This document shows positions 1 to 11,883 of a stretch of 64,000 nucleotides of DNA, piece after piece. The DNA is from Podarcis vaucheri (taxonomy: Eukaryota). Where the stretch lies: assembly GCA_965113315.1 (NCBI GenBank), contig OZ220367.1; one strand, 5' to 3'. The position numbers were made by a program, and so were the translations under genes. The notes under the pieces were generated by a model that was given only the letters and a program-made list of their open reading frames with translations, made no database searches and was not told the DNA's origin. The stretch's first letter is position 1. Every line of letters starts with the position of its first letter.

Positions 1-840
1 GTGTACAAATCTGGATCAGGATCCGGCTGTGTTCTATTTAGCGAGCATTCTATTTACCGAGAAGTAAGTCCCATTGAAATCAGTGCGACTTACTTATGGG
101 AAAATCCGGGCGGGCTTGGGCTTGAAAACGGCCCTTCTAGAAGCCTGCATCCATCTTTATTTGTTTGTCCGTTTATATCCCTCCTTTTACAGCAAAATTC
201 TCACAAGGAAGCATGCAGAGCTTAATAAATGAATAGCACAGATCAAGCAAACCAAACCCACCAATTTGCAACTAATGCACGAAACCGAATACAGCCATCT
301 ATAAAATGTTGAGTGGAATAATAATAAATTTTGTAATCTGCTTGAAAGCCAGCACTGAGGAGATCCTAGGGGTCTTCACCTCTGGCAACTCCGAAGATAA
401 GGGGCCAACACCGATAAGATCCTATCTCTGGTCTCAGCGCCAATCGGATGGTTCTGAACTGCGAGTCAAACCACAGGCTTTGAGGGTCAATCTCGGGCCG
501 GCTTATATGGGAGCCCGTGATCCTTCACCTAGTACAGTCCCAAACCTCGCTCTACCTTGATTTTTAAATAAAATGTTGGGTTCACAGCGTGAGCCTTTAC
601 GTGTCTTTTCAGAAGTAAGCCATATCAAGTTCAATGGGACTTGGGAGTTAAGTGTGTGTTGTGTTATTCCCTTACACAGTCCTCTTAAAAAATAAAATAA
701 AATTCCCAACAGATTTGTATGGCTCAGGAGCTTAATATAACGGACTCACTGTTAAGTCTGTGTTCATGGAAGACAACCTTACTCGGCTACGAGTGATAGC
801 CAAAGATCCCACGCCTATTTGCATTAACTATAGGCGATAC

Positions 841-1020
841 CTATAGGTGCTTTTTCTGGGGGTACGCAGGGGTACACATACCCCTAAACATTTTGTGACT
901 CTTTACACTTTTGTCCATTTACTGTATTTATTTTCCCCGATTTGAACTATAAAATGGCGATTTTCTTGAGTCAAAATGAGAGTACCGCTAAACATTATTA
1001 AATAGGAAAAAAACACACTG
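841..1020. mobile_element. hAT-type MITE (GGGGTACGCAGGGGTAC family), degraded left end
   Basis: Clearly homologous to 35940-36090. Right end ...AAAAAAACACACTG. Flanks GGCGATAC / GGAGATAC (7/8) look like an 8-bp TSD. Confidence 0.6.
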
Positions 1021-1642
1021 GGAGATACCATAAACTTTAGGGCGAAAAGGGCACAGAGCTGGAGTTGTCAAAAGCAGCGTCTCTCCCCTTCTCTTTCGAC
1101 AGCACGTTGCCTTGGCAAGAAAATTTAAAAAAACAAAAACACAGTAGTGGAGAAAATGAACCACAAGCCTTTGAAATGAAATCTCACTTTAATAAGAAAT
1201 CAAACTTCCCCCATCCCGCTCCTCCTCCCGCCACCTCTCTCCTTCCTCCCCCCGTGGCGAGTCCTCGGATGCTTGGAAACTCAAGATACTACAGACTTCA
1301 ACGAATCCAGACAGACCACAGAGCTACATAGAGAGCTGCCTTCTGCTGAGTAGAAACATTGTTCCATCCAGCGCAGTTTTGTCTACACTGACTAAGACCA
1401 GCTCTAGGGTTCAAGTCTGGAAGTGCCGGGGATCTTCTGCATGCTGTCCATTGTCCACTGACCCCTGGCCTTCTCCGGATTGTTCCTCCCGGGTGTTTTT
1501 CCACGCCTCGTGTCTGGGGAGGGGGGCAGGCAGGCAGGCACCAGTCGCCTAGGCTCCTGTCCCAAAGTGTGGCATTTTTCTTTAATCGCCTGGTGGGAGT
1601 GGCTGTGGAACTTGACGAGGTCGGGCGTCTGTTTCTTCCAAA

Positions 1643-1722
1643 GCAATCTTATACATCTCTACTCAGAAGTAAACCCTACTGAGTTCAGTGGGGCTTACTC
1701 CCAGGTAAGCGGATAGGATTGC
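1643..1722. repeat. ~80-bp palindromic dispersed repeat (representative copy of a family with >12 copies in the window)
   Basis: Outer arms GCAATCTTAT/ATAGGATTGC and inner arms AGTAAACCCTACTGA/TCAGTGGGGCTTACT. Related copies lie near 50, 600, 2400, 3000, 5750, 6780-6930, 11430, 19930, 22320, 27320, 43850, 59090 and 61340-61500. Confidence 0.7.
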
Positions 1723-4640
1723 AAGCCTTCGGTCAGTTACTCCCAGGAGAGCGGGGTGCGTGTAACTATTGGGGCAAGGGGAGCTCGATCGGTCGCAGCC
1801 CCACCCCGTCGCGAATCACCTTCGTCTTCCTCAGTCATCAATACGTATCCTCGTTTAGAGGTCCGAGCGCCGTTTCCTCGCCGCAGGCAGCGTTGCTGCG
1901 CCGCGGGACTGAGCGCTAACCGGAGCCCTCCAGCCGGAGAGGACTGTTCGACGGAAAGGCGCCGCGTTGCGCGAACTGGAGCGAACCCGATTGCGCGCGG
2001 GTGCGAGGGAAGGGATCATGGGCAGGTACATAGAGTCAGTCACATAGAGACCTGCTCCGGGGTACTGGATGCCCCCAAGCCACACTTTCCCCCAGGTGGA
2101 AGGGGACGGCGGCACCACCCACGTCGGAGAAAGGCAGCAAAGCGCTCTCTTCCTTCCACCCCACGCCGCCCCGTCTGCTTTCGCACCCTCCGAGTTCACG
2201 CATAACTGTGGCTCACGCGCGGCGCTCTGGTAGTCGCCCACCGCTCTTTCGTGCTGTCTCCACCCATCTTCAGAGCTAAAGACCCATTTTCAGGTTTTTA
2301 TTTCTATCAGTGTCGCATTATCCTGGTTTTCTACTGTTAGCTCCTTACTTTCCCCGTAAATTGCATCTAGGCAGTGTTTCCTTCCGTTTCCCACAGCGCA
2401 GCCCTAACCATGTTTACTCGGAAGTAGGAGGTATTGATTTTTATTTTAATGGAACTTGGTCGGAAGCGTCTGTTGCGACGCTTGTCCTCCGCCTTTGCAC
2501 CCACTTCCCTTGACAGCTTCTTCACATTTTTTACACACGCCCTCAGGTTTTGCTTTGTTTTTTTAAAAAATTAAGATAGCCTCTATATTTATTTTTAACC
2601 GCAAGTGGTATTTCTTTGTTCGTCTATTGTCCTGTCTGTTTTCGAATCGAGGAATGAAAAAAATTGCAGGATAGTTCCTTATTAGTATCTACGCCCCACT
2701 TTTATTTGGTCTATTTGGGGAGGAGAATAAGATTCCCATTTAGGATTTTTGTGTCTCTGTGTGGACACAAGGAAAGTTATGAAAAGTTTGTTTTTTTAAA
2801 AATAAAAAAAAATCCGTGCTAAACGTTTTGTGTGTTCCTTCCACACCTTTCTGGTATACACCGTTTCTGAATTTCATATCTGTTGCAGCATTCAATATCT
2901 AATACAGGCGTTAATCTCGGGTGGATTATTTTAAAGGATTATTGTATAAACATCTAACTGGTAACAGCGTAGGATAAAACGGAGCCACTGTATCCAAACT
3001 AGCTCTATTCAGAAGAGAGTCCTATTGAATTCAAGGGAGCTTCCTCGCAGGTGAATTGGTTTAGGATTGCATCCTTAGCAAATGAATGCCCTACCTTCGT
3101 ACCGTGTGCCATGATGCTAAGGGCGATGGTGACTTCTGTACACGCTTTCTCTTTTGAGCAAGTTGTCCTTGACATGATCCACTCGTTTCCATTCGCATCT
3201 CGCCTTTCCCCCGCGCAGCTACTTTATTTCTGGAACTATGGGCGCAGGAGACTCGCCGCTGAAGAAACTATGACCTTTAATAAAATATCGGTTAGGAAAC
3301 ACAATCCCGGGGATCCCTCCCCCCTTCTCTTTCACACACACCTATCCAAAAGCCTTACGAGACTGTTGCTTGTGTCTTTTTTCAGAATCCCATCGCAACC
3401 CGCAAAGCCAACAAGAAGACTTTCTCCATCTACTCCCTCAGGCTGAGCAGGTCTGCCTAGCTCCGCACTCAGCAGCGACCAGGCAGGGCTCCCAAGCATG
3501 ATGATGGGCCTTCTCCTGCAGTGCAGCGCCACCGCCGTGCAGAGATACACTGCCACTGCCCATGGAGCCTTTGGTTAGCTGCCTGGGCTAGCAGGCCTGC
3601 TCCACCATGAATATTATTTTTACGAAATAAGGAACTGCAAAGCAGCCAAAAGTGCCCGCTTTGGCAAAGTCAAATCAATTAATCTTTGTTTTTACTGTGG
3701 TTTTCTATAATTTCTTGGAAGCCGCCCAGAGTGGCTTGAGCAACACATAGCAAAGTATTATTACTGCTAGCCCCTATTCCACCCCCGTATCCACTGCTGA
3801 AGAGGAGCAGCATCTCCTTATCTGCGCTGAGACAGAGAAACGCCTCCGTCGAATTTGGGCGAGGGCGGCGCTGCTTAGGCGCCCAGGAATCACCCGGTTT
3901 AGCAGCTCTTCTGCTCAGCAGACACTCTTCCGGGCCCCAGTTCCTTTTGCCCTAAGTGGGGATTCCTCCTCCAGCCCAGACGGAATTCCTAAACGTGGCT
4001 CGGTTCCACTGGACGCAGCGCCCAGAGCCAGGTCTCAACACCGACACCCGTCTAAAGACTCGAGGCTAAATATTTAGGTAGGAAAGATGAAGCGAGCCAC
4101 TGAGCATGTGCAGACGATCTTTGTGTCACTTGAGTAACTAAGAAGCTCCCCTTCCACTTCCAAGTTAGCACAGGAAAGAAGGAACTTTGTAAGCAACTTG
4201 GAGACAGAGCGCCTAACACTCCCCCCCCCCATATAAAACTTCCTGCTCTGTGAAGTTTGTATTGTTTTCTCGACCTCTATTCTGGTGTAAACTCATCAAG
4301 GCTGGCTCCACTTTCGTCTGTCGCCGGTGGAAAAAAATTAAGAAACATTGTATGGGGCCAGCATGGAGAAAAGCTCATCTTTGGCTAGAAATTAATCCAC
4401 CGCATTGGCCTCGGTGCGTGCACGCAGGTTTCGCATACGGACAATTCGCAGGAACAAACGCAGGAACTTGCACGTGTGAATGAACGATCAGATGCTAAAA
4501 CAGTCCGGAAGAAGCTTTCCGATCGCTTCATAGAGAATGGGTTCGTCAATGCACTATAAATAAATGTAAGCCTTCCTGATAAAGTTTAATTGGCTGGCGG
4601 GATAAATCCATCCATCTCAAAGCCTCCGAATCAGGTATCA

Positions 4641-4765
4641 TACTTAGTCGGCATGAGACTCTTAATCTTAGGGTTATGGGTTCGAGACCACGTTGGGCAA
4701 AAGATTCCTACATTATAGGGGTTGGACTAGATGTCCCTGGGACCCCTACCAACTCTACGATTCTG
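4641..4765 (+). mobile_element. tRNA-Lys-derived SINE with CR1-type 3' tail
   Basis: GCATGAGACTCTTAATCTTAGGGTTATGGGTTCGAGACCACGTTGGGC resembles tRNA-Lys(CTT). It is followed by GGGGTTGGACTAGATG...CCAACTCTACGATTCT, a CR1-like tail. Confidence 0.75.
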
Positions 4766-5378
4766 ATATAATATACTGTACCGACAAACCAAGTCCCATG
4801 CGCAGATACCTGCGCGATTCTGCATTAACCAGTTCTGCTTCCCCGCACTTCCCAGAACTAGCTGGGGGGTGGGGTGGGGGGCGTTGACTGAATTCAGCCC
4901 TACCCGCTGTCGCCCACCAATTTTAGTCCAAACGTGCGCCTCCCCCCCGTAGCTGTCAGAACTAGTGACTAAGGTGGTATTTTTAAAAAGTTGTGGGGGC
5001 ATCACGTCCGGGTCACTGCTATCTTCAGTTCCGAAACCCTAGCAGGATCTTAATAATCGCCAAGGGGAAAAATAAACACCGAACCCCATTTCTGCTGCTT
5101 ATACTCCCCCCCTGGCGCCCACCCTTCTCGTCTAGGGTCGAAACACGAGCTCGAAGAAGAACAGTTGCAAAAATCAAATTTGCTCTCTGCCGTTTTGAAG
5201 CGCCGAAGCCGGCATCGCCACACACGTGGTGGGCCTCTGCGAAGTCTCTCCCCACCACGGAAAGATAGTCCAGGGCGCCACTTCTTCAACCCACAAGACA
5301 CACTGGCGCCCGCTCCGTCTCCGCATCTCCCCGCAGCAACACTCGAGCGTCTGCACCGGCCCAGGGAGGGCAGACGCG

Positions 5379-5523
5379 CAGTGGCGTAGCGTGGGTTGTC
5401 AGCACCGGGGCAAGGCAAGTAATTTGCGCCCCCTAACCCGTGGATTTGCGCCCCCTAACCCTAACCCCCAGATGTTGCGCCCGGTGCGGCTGGCCCCCCC
5501 TGCACCCCCACGCTACGCCACTG
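5379..5523. mobile_element. hAT MITE with internal CCCTAA (telomere-like) repeats
   Basis: TIRs CAGTGGCGTAGCGTGGG / CCCACGCTACGCCACTG. Perfect 8-bp TSD CAGACGCG (5371-5378, 5524-5531). A second copy is at 46471-46639. Confidence 0.92.
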
Positions 5524-7169
5524 CAGACGCGCGAGAAAGAAGCTGCCTCGAGGCTCCTCCGCGGGTGCAGCAGAGGCCTGTCTTTCGGGTCAGGGAAAAG
5601 AACAGCCCTCCTGGCTGCAAACATGCTGGTGTTAAAGAATTGTTATGGGGCGAATTTCCCGGGCATTTTACATAAATGGGCAGTGAATAAGGAGCCGCAT
5701 GTAGTCCCACCCATTGTTTATATAGTGTTGCTGGCAGTGCAGTCCTCAGAAGAGAGTTTCACTGAGTTCAATGGGTATAGGATTGCAGTCTTAGGTAAAC
5801 CAGGGAAGTGAGACCTGCTATCTTCCAGCTGTGAAACTGCAGCTCCCATCATCCTGAACATTGGCTGTGTCAGGTGGTCCTGATGGAAGCTGGAGTCGGG
5901 CATCTGAAGGGCCACAGGTTCCCCAGCCCTTGACTAAACATTTCACCCTATCTAATACTGCAAATGTAAAATCTACGGTTGCTAGAGCACAATGTACAAT
6001 CTGTTTTAGGATTGTACAGGTTTTAAAAATGATACAAAGAACACATAATATCAGAGGCTGATAGGGGTTTTACGAACTGACACATTGGCTGGACCTCGAG
6101 CCATTCTTGGCGTCTTTTGCAAAATTCCCTTTGTTGGCACCACATAATTTTATGACCTCCTTGAGAACTGGGATTGCCATGAAGGTGGGGCTGAGTTCAC
6201 TCTTCTGTAAATAGGGACTTGGAAATCCCTTATGAGTTCTGAAATTGTACATGTTTTTGCACCAAATGCAGTATGAGGTAATAACTTTTGACATAGTTTG
6301 TGCCACCTTTATTGAAATTTCTTAATGAACTGCAATGAAAAGAGAACAACTACAGCATATTTGAGGGCTGCAGTTCAAGAATGTGATGCATCCATCAGCT
6401 CCATTCAAAATTTCAAGTTCAATGTGAATGATCATTTCTTTAAGCTTTCCTTTTAAACACAGATAACCTGGGCTCGTTCAGTATTCAACCACACAATTTT
6501 TAAAAGACCGTTACTGGCTATTGCTTCTAAAATGTCTGTTGCTTTAACCTACTTTCAAAGTATAAATTGATGATGCATTCAGTTCAGACTTTCAAGGTAT
6601 TACTTGATGAAAGAAACAAATTTAATAAGCTCTGCAAAAGGGTGTCCATTTGGAATCTGGCTTTATTGAAATGCGTGAATGCTTGACTTGGTTCATGAAT
6701 ATGAAATAGCCCAAAGCTCAGTGTTTCATACAGAGTCTTTCCACTGTTTCTCTCTCTGGCAAAATACATTTAGGTCATAATCCAACTGATAGCCAAGTGC
6801 ACTTATGTCCATCGACATCAATGGGCTTAAGTGCACTTAACTCTTTATTGGATTGTGGCTTTACACTAAGTCCAATCCTGATTTCAATGGGACTAACACT
6901 CAAGTAAGAACGCTTAGGGTTGCAGACCTCTTTAACCTAACAATAGTTAGCCATTTCGTATAACAACAATAACATTTTATACCACACATTTAAAATGTTC
7001 ACAATCCTCCACATATCTTATCTCAGGGGTCTTTACAACAACCCTAGAAGGTGGGCAAATCACATCACACAGTTTCATGGCGCCCTGGTGCTGAAAGAAA
7101 TAGAGCCAAAACAGAGTCAGTGATAAACAAGAGAACTGGCACCCTTGGTGTATGTGGAGTAATCACTTC

Positions 7170-7298
7170 ACAGAATCATAGAATGGCAGAGCTGGAACGG
7201 GACGCTTAGGGTCACCTAGTCCAATCCCTTGCAATACAGGAATATGCAGGGATCCAACCTTGCAATGCAGGAATATGGGGGTCCAACCTGTGACATTG
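7170..7298 (-). mobile_element. Degraded SINE/CR1-tail fragment
   Basis: AGAATCATAGAAT...GGTCACCTAGTCCAATCCC is the reverse complement of the CR1-type tail seen at 4641 and 8303. Confidence 0.55.
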
Positions 7299-7872
7299 GT
7301 GTTATCAGCACCGCGCTTTGAAAAGGAAGAATTGGGAAAGAGAGGGAGGAAAGTGAATGGAGTCCCTTGCAGCTTGTATTCTGGAGGAAGACATGGATGT
7401 CGATGACTTGAATCCTGAAGAGGAGTATTCCTGCTAAGACAGTGATGAGGAGGCTGTGGCCTTCCAGAGGCTGCGGTGTACTGACTCCAGTATGATAAAT
7501 TGTTAGGATGATGGGAGCTGTAGCCCAGGGCAGCAGCATCTGCAGGGCACCAGGATCCCTGACCCTTTGTTACAGAGTGGAGATATGCTGCAATGTTCTG
7601 CTTCTTGTCCTCTCTTTTTTCAGGTACAGGACTAAGATAGAAACATGTTTCACTAAATACAACTAGTCTATCTCTTAGATGTTAATTATCTAATTAACAA
7701 TTTAGATTATATAATTAACATGGCCTAAATGAAACAGTAACTGCTGTATTGATTGCACTTTCTACGCATCCCGCTTGCCATAGTCAACTAGGAGGACCAA
7801 GTTCTTTCCATCCTGACAATCTTCAAAGTGATCAGGTGCCCTCTTGTGGCACAATTAATTATTTCTGCGATA

Positions 7873-8097
7873 AAGTGGTACCTCAGGTTAAGTACTTAAT
7901 TCATTCTGGAGGTCCGTTCTTAACCTGAAACTGTTCTTAACCTGAAGACCACTTTAGCTAATGGGGCCTCCCGCTGCTGCCGCGCCGCCGGAACACGATT
8001 TCTGTTCTCATCCTGAAGCAAAGTTCTTAACCTGAAGCACTATTTCTGTGTTAGCGGAGTCTGTAACCTGAAGCGTATGTAACCCGAGGTACCACTG
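7873..8097. mobile_element. Tc1/mariner (pogo/Tigger-like) MITE, CAGTGGTACC family, copy 1
   Basis: TIR (A)AGTGGTACCTCAGGTTA / TAACCCGAGGTACCACTG with TA on both sides. Internal AACCTGAA repeats. Five copies in the window. Confidence 0.85.
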
Positions 8098-8302
8098 TAC
8101 TTTCAAAGGGCACAAAGTTTCTATAATTAATCACAACAAAGATCCACTACAGATTTGCTAAAGAAGAGATACGGACTTCGTCAAAACTACTCATTGAACT
8201 GTATGGCTAAGAGCTAATTTATACCAGGGTCAACAACAAAGAAGCCTGTGGACCTTAAAATCTTACAAGATTTATTGCGGCATAAATTTTCACGGCCTTC
8301 AT

Positions 8303-8442
8303 CATAGAATCATAGAGTTGCAAAGGACCACCAGGGTCATCTGGTCCAACCCCCTACAATGCAGGAATCTTTCATCCAACGTGGGGCTAGAACCCAGAAC
8401 CCTGAGATTAAGTGTCTCATGCTCTACTGACTGAGCTAGGTC
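8303..8442 (-). mobile_element. tRNA-Lys-derived SINE with CR1-type tail
   Basis: The minus strand reads CTAGCTCAGTCAGTAGAGCATGAGACACTTAATCTCAGGGTTCTGGGTTCTAGCCCCACGTTGG, close to tRNA-Lys-CTT. The tail ends in ATTCTATG repeats. Confidence 0.85.
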
Positions 8443-9190
8443 CATGAGGCTCAAAAGAGCTGCTTTCTTACAGATGTGGGATTTTGCTTGGAGAATCCAC
8501 CTACCCACCACCAATGCCTTTCTTTGAGATAAAACAGAGTTCAGCAATTGAGTGGAGAGTGTTCTAAGGTTGGCACTGCGCCTAATTGTTTCTGGATGGA
8601 GTCAGGAGGTTCCTGCGACTGTCCCGTTCTTGTTTGAGATGCAGAGTAAAGTTCTTAACTGGGGTGGAGGGTGCCCAGGTAGGAAAAGAGGACAGGGCTC
8701 CTCTGCACTTTAGGCAGTTGTGTCAAGGTGGGATTTTCAGAAGGTGTGGCTTGCATGACTATGTTGTTGCTGTTTTGTTTTTGATGTCCTGGTTGTAGAG
8801 TGTTCACACAAGAAAGGACATGACACAGAAGGAATAAGGAATGGGGGGGAGGGGGGAGAGAATAAAAGTGAGCTCACGCACCAGGTCTTAAATTTACAAC
8901 AATTACCATCTCTTCAGTTATTATGCAACGCAGCATCCTGATGGGCAGCACAAGATGATTTTGTCTGGCTGCTGCAACTTGACTGTGGACTCAGCGTACA
9001 AGGAAGGAGGTTGTGAAAGCAGACATGTCTTGGCTATCTCCTTTAACCAGCTGCAATAGGAGCAGAAGTGCCTTGATTTCCTCTACTACCCTTGCATCAC
9101 CAGCTTTGGAGGAGGAAAGTAATGAGGAGACACTTCCACCCTCACAGGTGATTAAAACATCATTTCCATAAGCCTATGAGGAATGGTGGC

Positions 9191-9840
9191 TGTTAGAATT
9201 CCTGCTCCATGATTGCAGTCATGGGATTGTTGTCTATCACATGACGGTCTATGTTTTGACTCCACAGAGTGGAAAGTGACTGAGACAGGATGTTTGTGTT
9301 ACTGTGTTCCGTGAAGTGGGACTATTGTCCTTTGTTCTTTTTCTCTTTGCTGTCTGATGCTAGAGAGGGAGCCATATTGCAGTGCTCCGTGTGTGTTTAT
9401 ATGTAAATAAAGCAGATTAGCCAAAATGCTGAGTTGCTGAGGTCTGTTATACAAGCTGCAAAGACTCTGTGGATCCCTAAGTGTGCTGATGGCTGTTGGC
9501 ATCCGTCGTTGTGATGTTTGGGTTGAAGAAAGCTTTTGAAGCTCCCGAACAAATGATCAGGAGGGAGAGAACATGCCAGTCGGGCATGTGTCTCTACCAG
9601 GGTCCTACTCGAGTGTAGGAGGAGCTCCTGACACTGGCATCCCTGGGTTTCTGATGAGGTCCACACCTCCACAGGGGGCCCACTGCCAAGCCCTGGGACC
9701 TCCTGACTCTGTTCTCCTCCTCGTTGTCATTGGCTTTTGACCTGCCGTCTCTGTGTGGGCAACCAAGCAGGGACAAGAACGAGGAGACAGGGCAGCACAG
9801 GAACACAGGAAGCTGCCCTACGCCACCAAGGTTGTCAACA
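9191..9840 (+). mobile_element. Possible solo LTR
   Basis: Begins TGTT and ends AACA, has an internal AATAAA near 9405 and is 650 bp long. No clean TSD. Confidence 0.4.
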
Positions 9841-10994
9841 ATGTGTGGCTGCAGTTCTCCAGGGTTTCAGACTGGGGACATTCCCAGCCCTATCTGGAGA
9901 TGATGGAGATTGAACCTGGGGGAGCAGATGCTTTACTACTGAGCTATGGCCCTTCCCCAAGCACCCTCCACTTGTCTTGCCTTTTCTTCTCTAGGCAGTT
10001 GTGTGAATTGAGCCCAAAGGGAGAGGGCAACTCAGTGGATAGTGGAAGCAGCCAGACAGGTGCTCCACTAAGAGCATCTTGTCCAAGAGGCTCCCCAAAG
10101 CCTGGAACTGGCACTGCCTGCAATGATCTATATATTCTAGTACCAGAATTTCTCACTAACTCAGTACACATTACAATAAAGTCATATATCTAACCTGAGC
10201 CTGTCTTCACATATATATGCAATGCTTGCTTTTTTCTTTTTCTTTTAACTAAGCGTCAACAGGTTAAGAAATGGAACATGCAAGCTTTGAGAAACAGTAT
10301 ATATGGATTTACCAACAAGCACCGTCTTGGGGATCAACAGGCTATAATTAGAATTTAATAATATGAGTGGAGGAGTGATCTGCATGCTGTTTGAAAAATT
10401 GGAGCTTTTTCTCAACACTTCTGAACATTTTCCTTCCTAGATTGGACTCCAACTTGCCTTGCACAATATCCCTCCAGCTGAGACAAACGTGATACAAATA
10501 AGAACAATGAGATCAGCAACACTCTAGCTTTAAACACCATAAACAAAGGGACTAATTGAAACACCTCTAGCTAGTCCTGATGGAATCTGCACAACTGGTT
10601 AGCTTGGGGAGACAGAAAAGCAAACTGGATTCCCAGACTTCAGAGGGATCCTTTCCTTATAGGCCTTGCCCATGATCATAAACATTAGATCCAGTCTAGT
10701 CATTTATTTATTTGTAACATATTCACTTAAGTAAAGGGTGGCAGTGATATTCTGTAAGCAATGCATAGCAGCAGTGGTGGATGGTGCCCATTTGGGCTGG
10801 TAGAGAGCAAGGCAGGGTGGCTGGCAGTGGGTGGGGCCACAGTCAATGATGGGCAGGGCCAGAGTGAACAACAGGTGGAGCCAACTCATGTGTCTCCACC
10901 CCCTGATGAATTGTACAAGGGACAACATTGAGAATGAGGAGGAGGAAACTGACAGGCAGTGCCTCCCTTTGGGCTGGTTCTAAGAAGGTAGGTT

Positions 10995-11351
10995 GGGATG
11001 CGGGTGGCGCTGTGGGTTAAACCACAGAGCCTAGGGCTTGCCAATCAGAAGGTTGGTGGTTCGAATCCCCACAACGGGGTGAGCTCCCGTTGTTCGGTCC
11101 CTGCTCCTGCCAACCTAGCAGTTCGAAAGCACGTCAAAGTGCAAGTCCAGTGGGAAGGTAAATTGTGTTTCTGTGCGCTGCTCTGGTTCACCAGAAGTGG
11201 CTTTGTCATGCTGGCCACATGACCCGGAAAAACTGTCTGCAGACAAATGTCAGCTCCCTTGGCCAGTAAAGTGAGAGGAGCGCCGCAACCCCAGAGTTGT
11301 TCGCGACTGGACTTAACAGCCAGGGGTCCCTTTATCTTTACCCTTTACCTT
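10995..11351 (+). mobile_element. Sauria SINE
   Basis: Head GGGATGCGGGTGGCGCTGTGG, B-box GGTTCGAATCC, ACCTTT tail. 12-bp TSD TAAGAAGGTAGG (10981-10992, 11352-11363). Confidence 0.9.
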
Positions 11352-11657
11352 TAAGAAGGTAGGCAGGCAGGGACTGGTTGAGGGCAGTGCCCCATTTGCC
11401 CTAATGGACAATGGTGGTGATGTGGGGAGCAACAATTCTGTGCACCCTTTCTTGAGAGTAAGCCCAATTGAGTACTGTGGTGTTTACTTCTGAATGGACA
11501 TACAAGTGTAGATTGCATGGTGCACTATGCTGGCTGAAATTCCCTTTTCTAAAAGTGCAGGAAACATGTCTTCTTTTGTATCTGACAACTCTGTTATGCT
11601 GCAATCCTAAACACAGTTACAGTGAAATCCTATATTTGTCTACCCAGAAGCTAACTA

Positions 11658-11883
11658 CAGTGGTACCTCTGGTTACGTACTTAATTCGTTCCGGAGGTCC
11701 ATTCTTAACCTAAAACTGTTCTTAACCTGAAGCACCACTTTAGCTAATGGGGCCTCCCACTCCTGCTGTACCGCCGCCGCACGATTTCTGTTCTCATCCT
11801 GAAACAAAGTTCTTAACCTGAGGTAATATTTCTGGGTTAGCAGAGTCTGTAACCTGAAGCGTATGTAACCTGAGGTACCACTG
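11658..11883. mobile_element. Tc1/mariner-type MITE, CAGTGGTACC family, copy 2
   Basis: TA-CAGTGGTACCT ... AGGTACCACTG-TA; collinear with the other copies. Confidence 0.9.

Larger units (their letters stand above)
1740..5700. promoter_or_regulatory. CpG-rich patches (about 1740-2250, 3150-3560, 3800-4100, 4300-5700); probable upstream regulatory region of VAX1, whose coding sequence is outside the window
   Basis: Visibly high CpG density compared with the CpG-depleted remainder. The VAX1 assignment comes only from conserved VAX1-KCNK18-SLC18A2 synteny; no homeobox ORF is present here. Confidence 0.4.

Noticed and set aside
1756-5811. Many 120-150-aa ORFs in the GC-rich region as VAX1 exons
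   Set aside because: No homeodomain or VAX-like sequence is present. Long ORFs are expected by chance in GC-rich DNA.
7873-8097. Short spaced AACCTGAA repeats resembling a CRISPR-like array
   Set aside because: This is eukaryotic DNA, and the repeats are internal subrepeats of a TIR-bounded MITE with non-unique spacers across copies.
8370-8442. tRNA-Lys-like sequence (also 4641-4700)
   Set aside because: It has substitutions in the stems and T-loop and is fused to a CR1-type tail, so it is a SINE head, not a tRNA gene.
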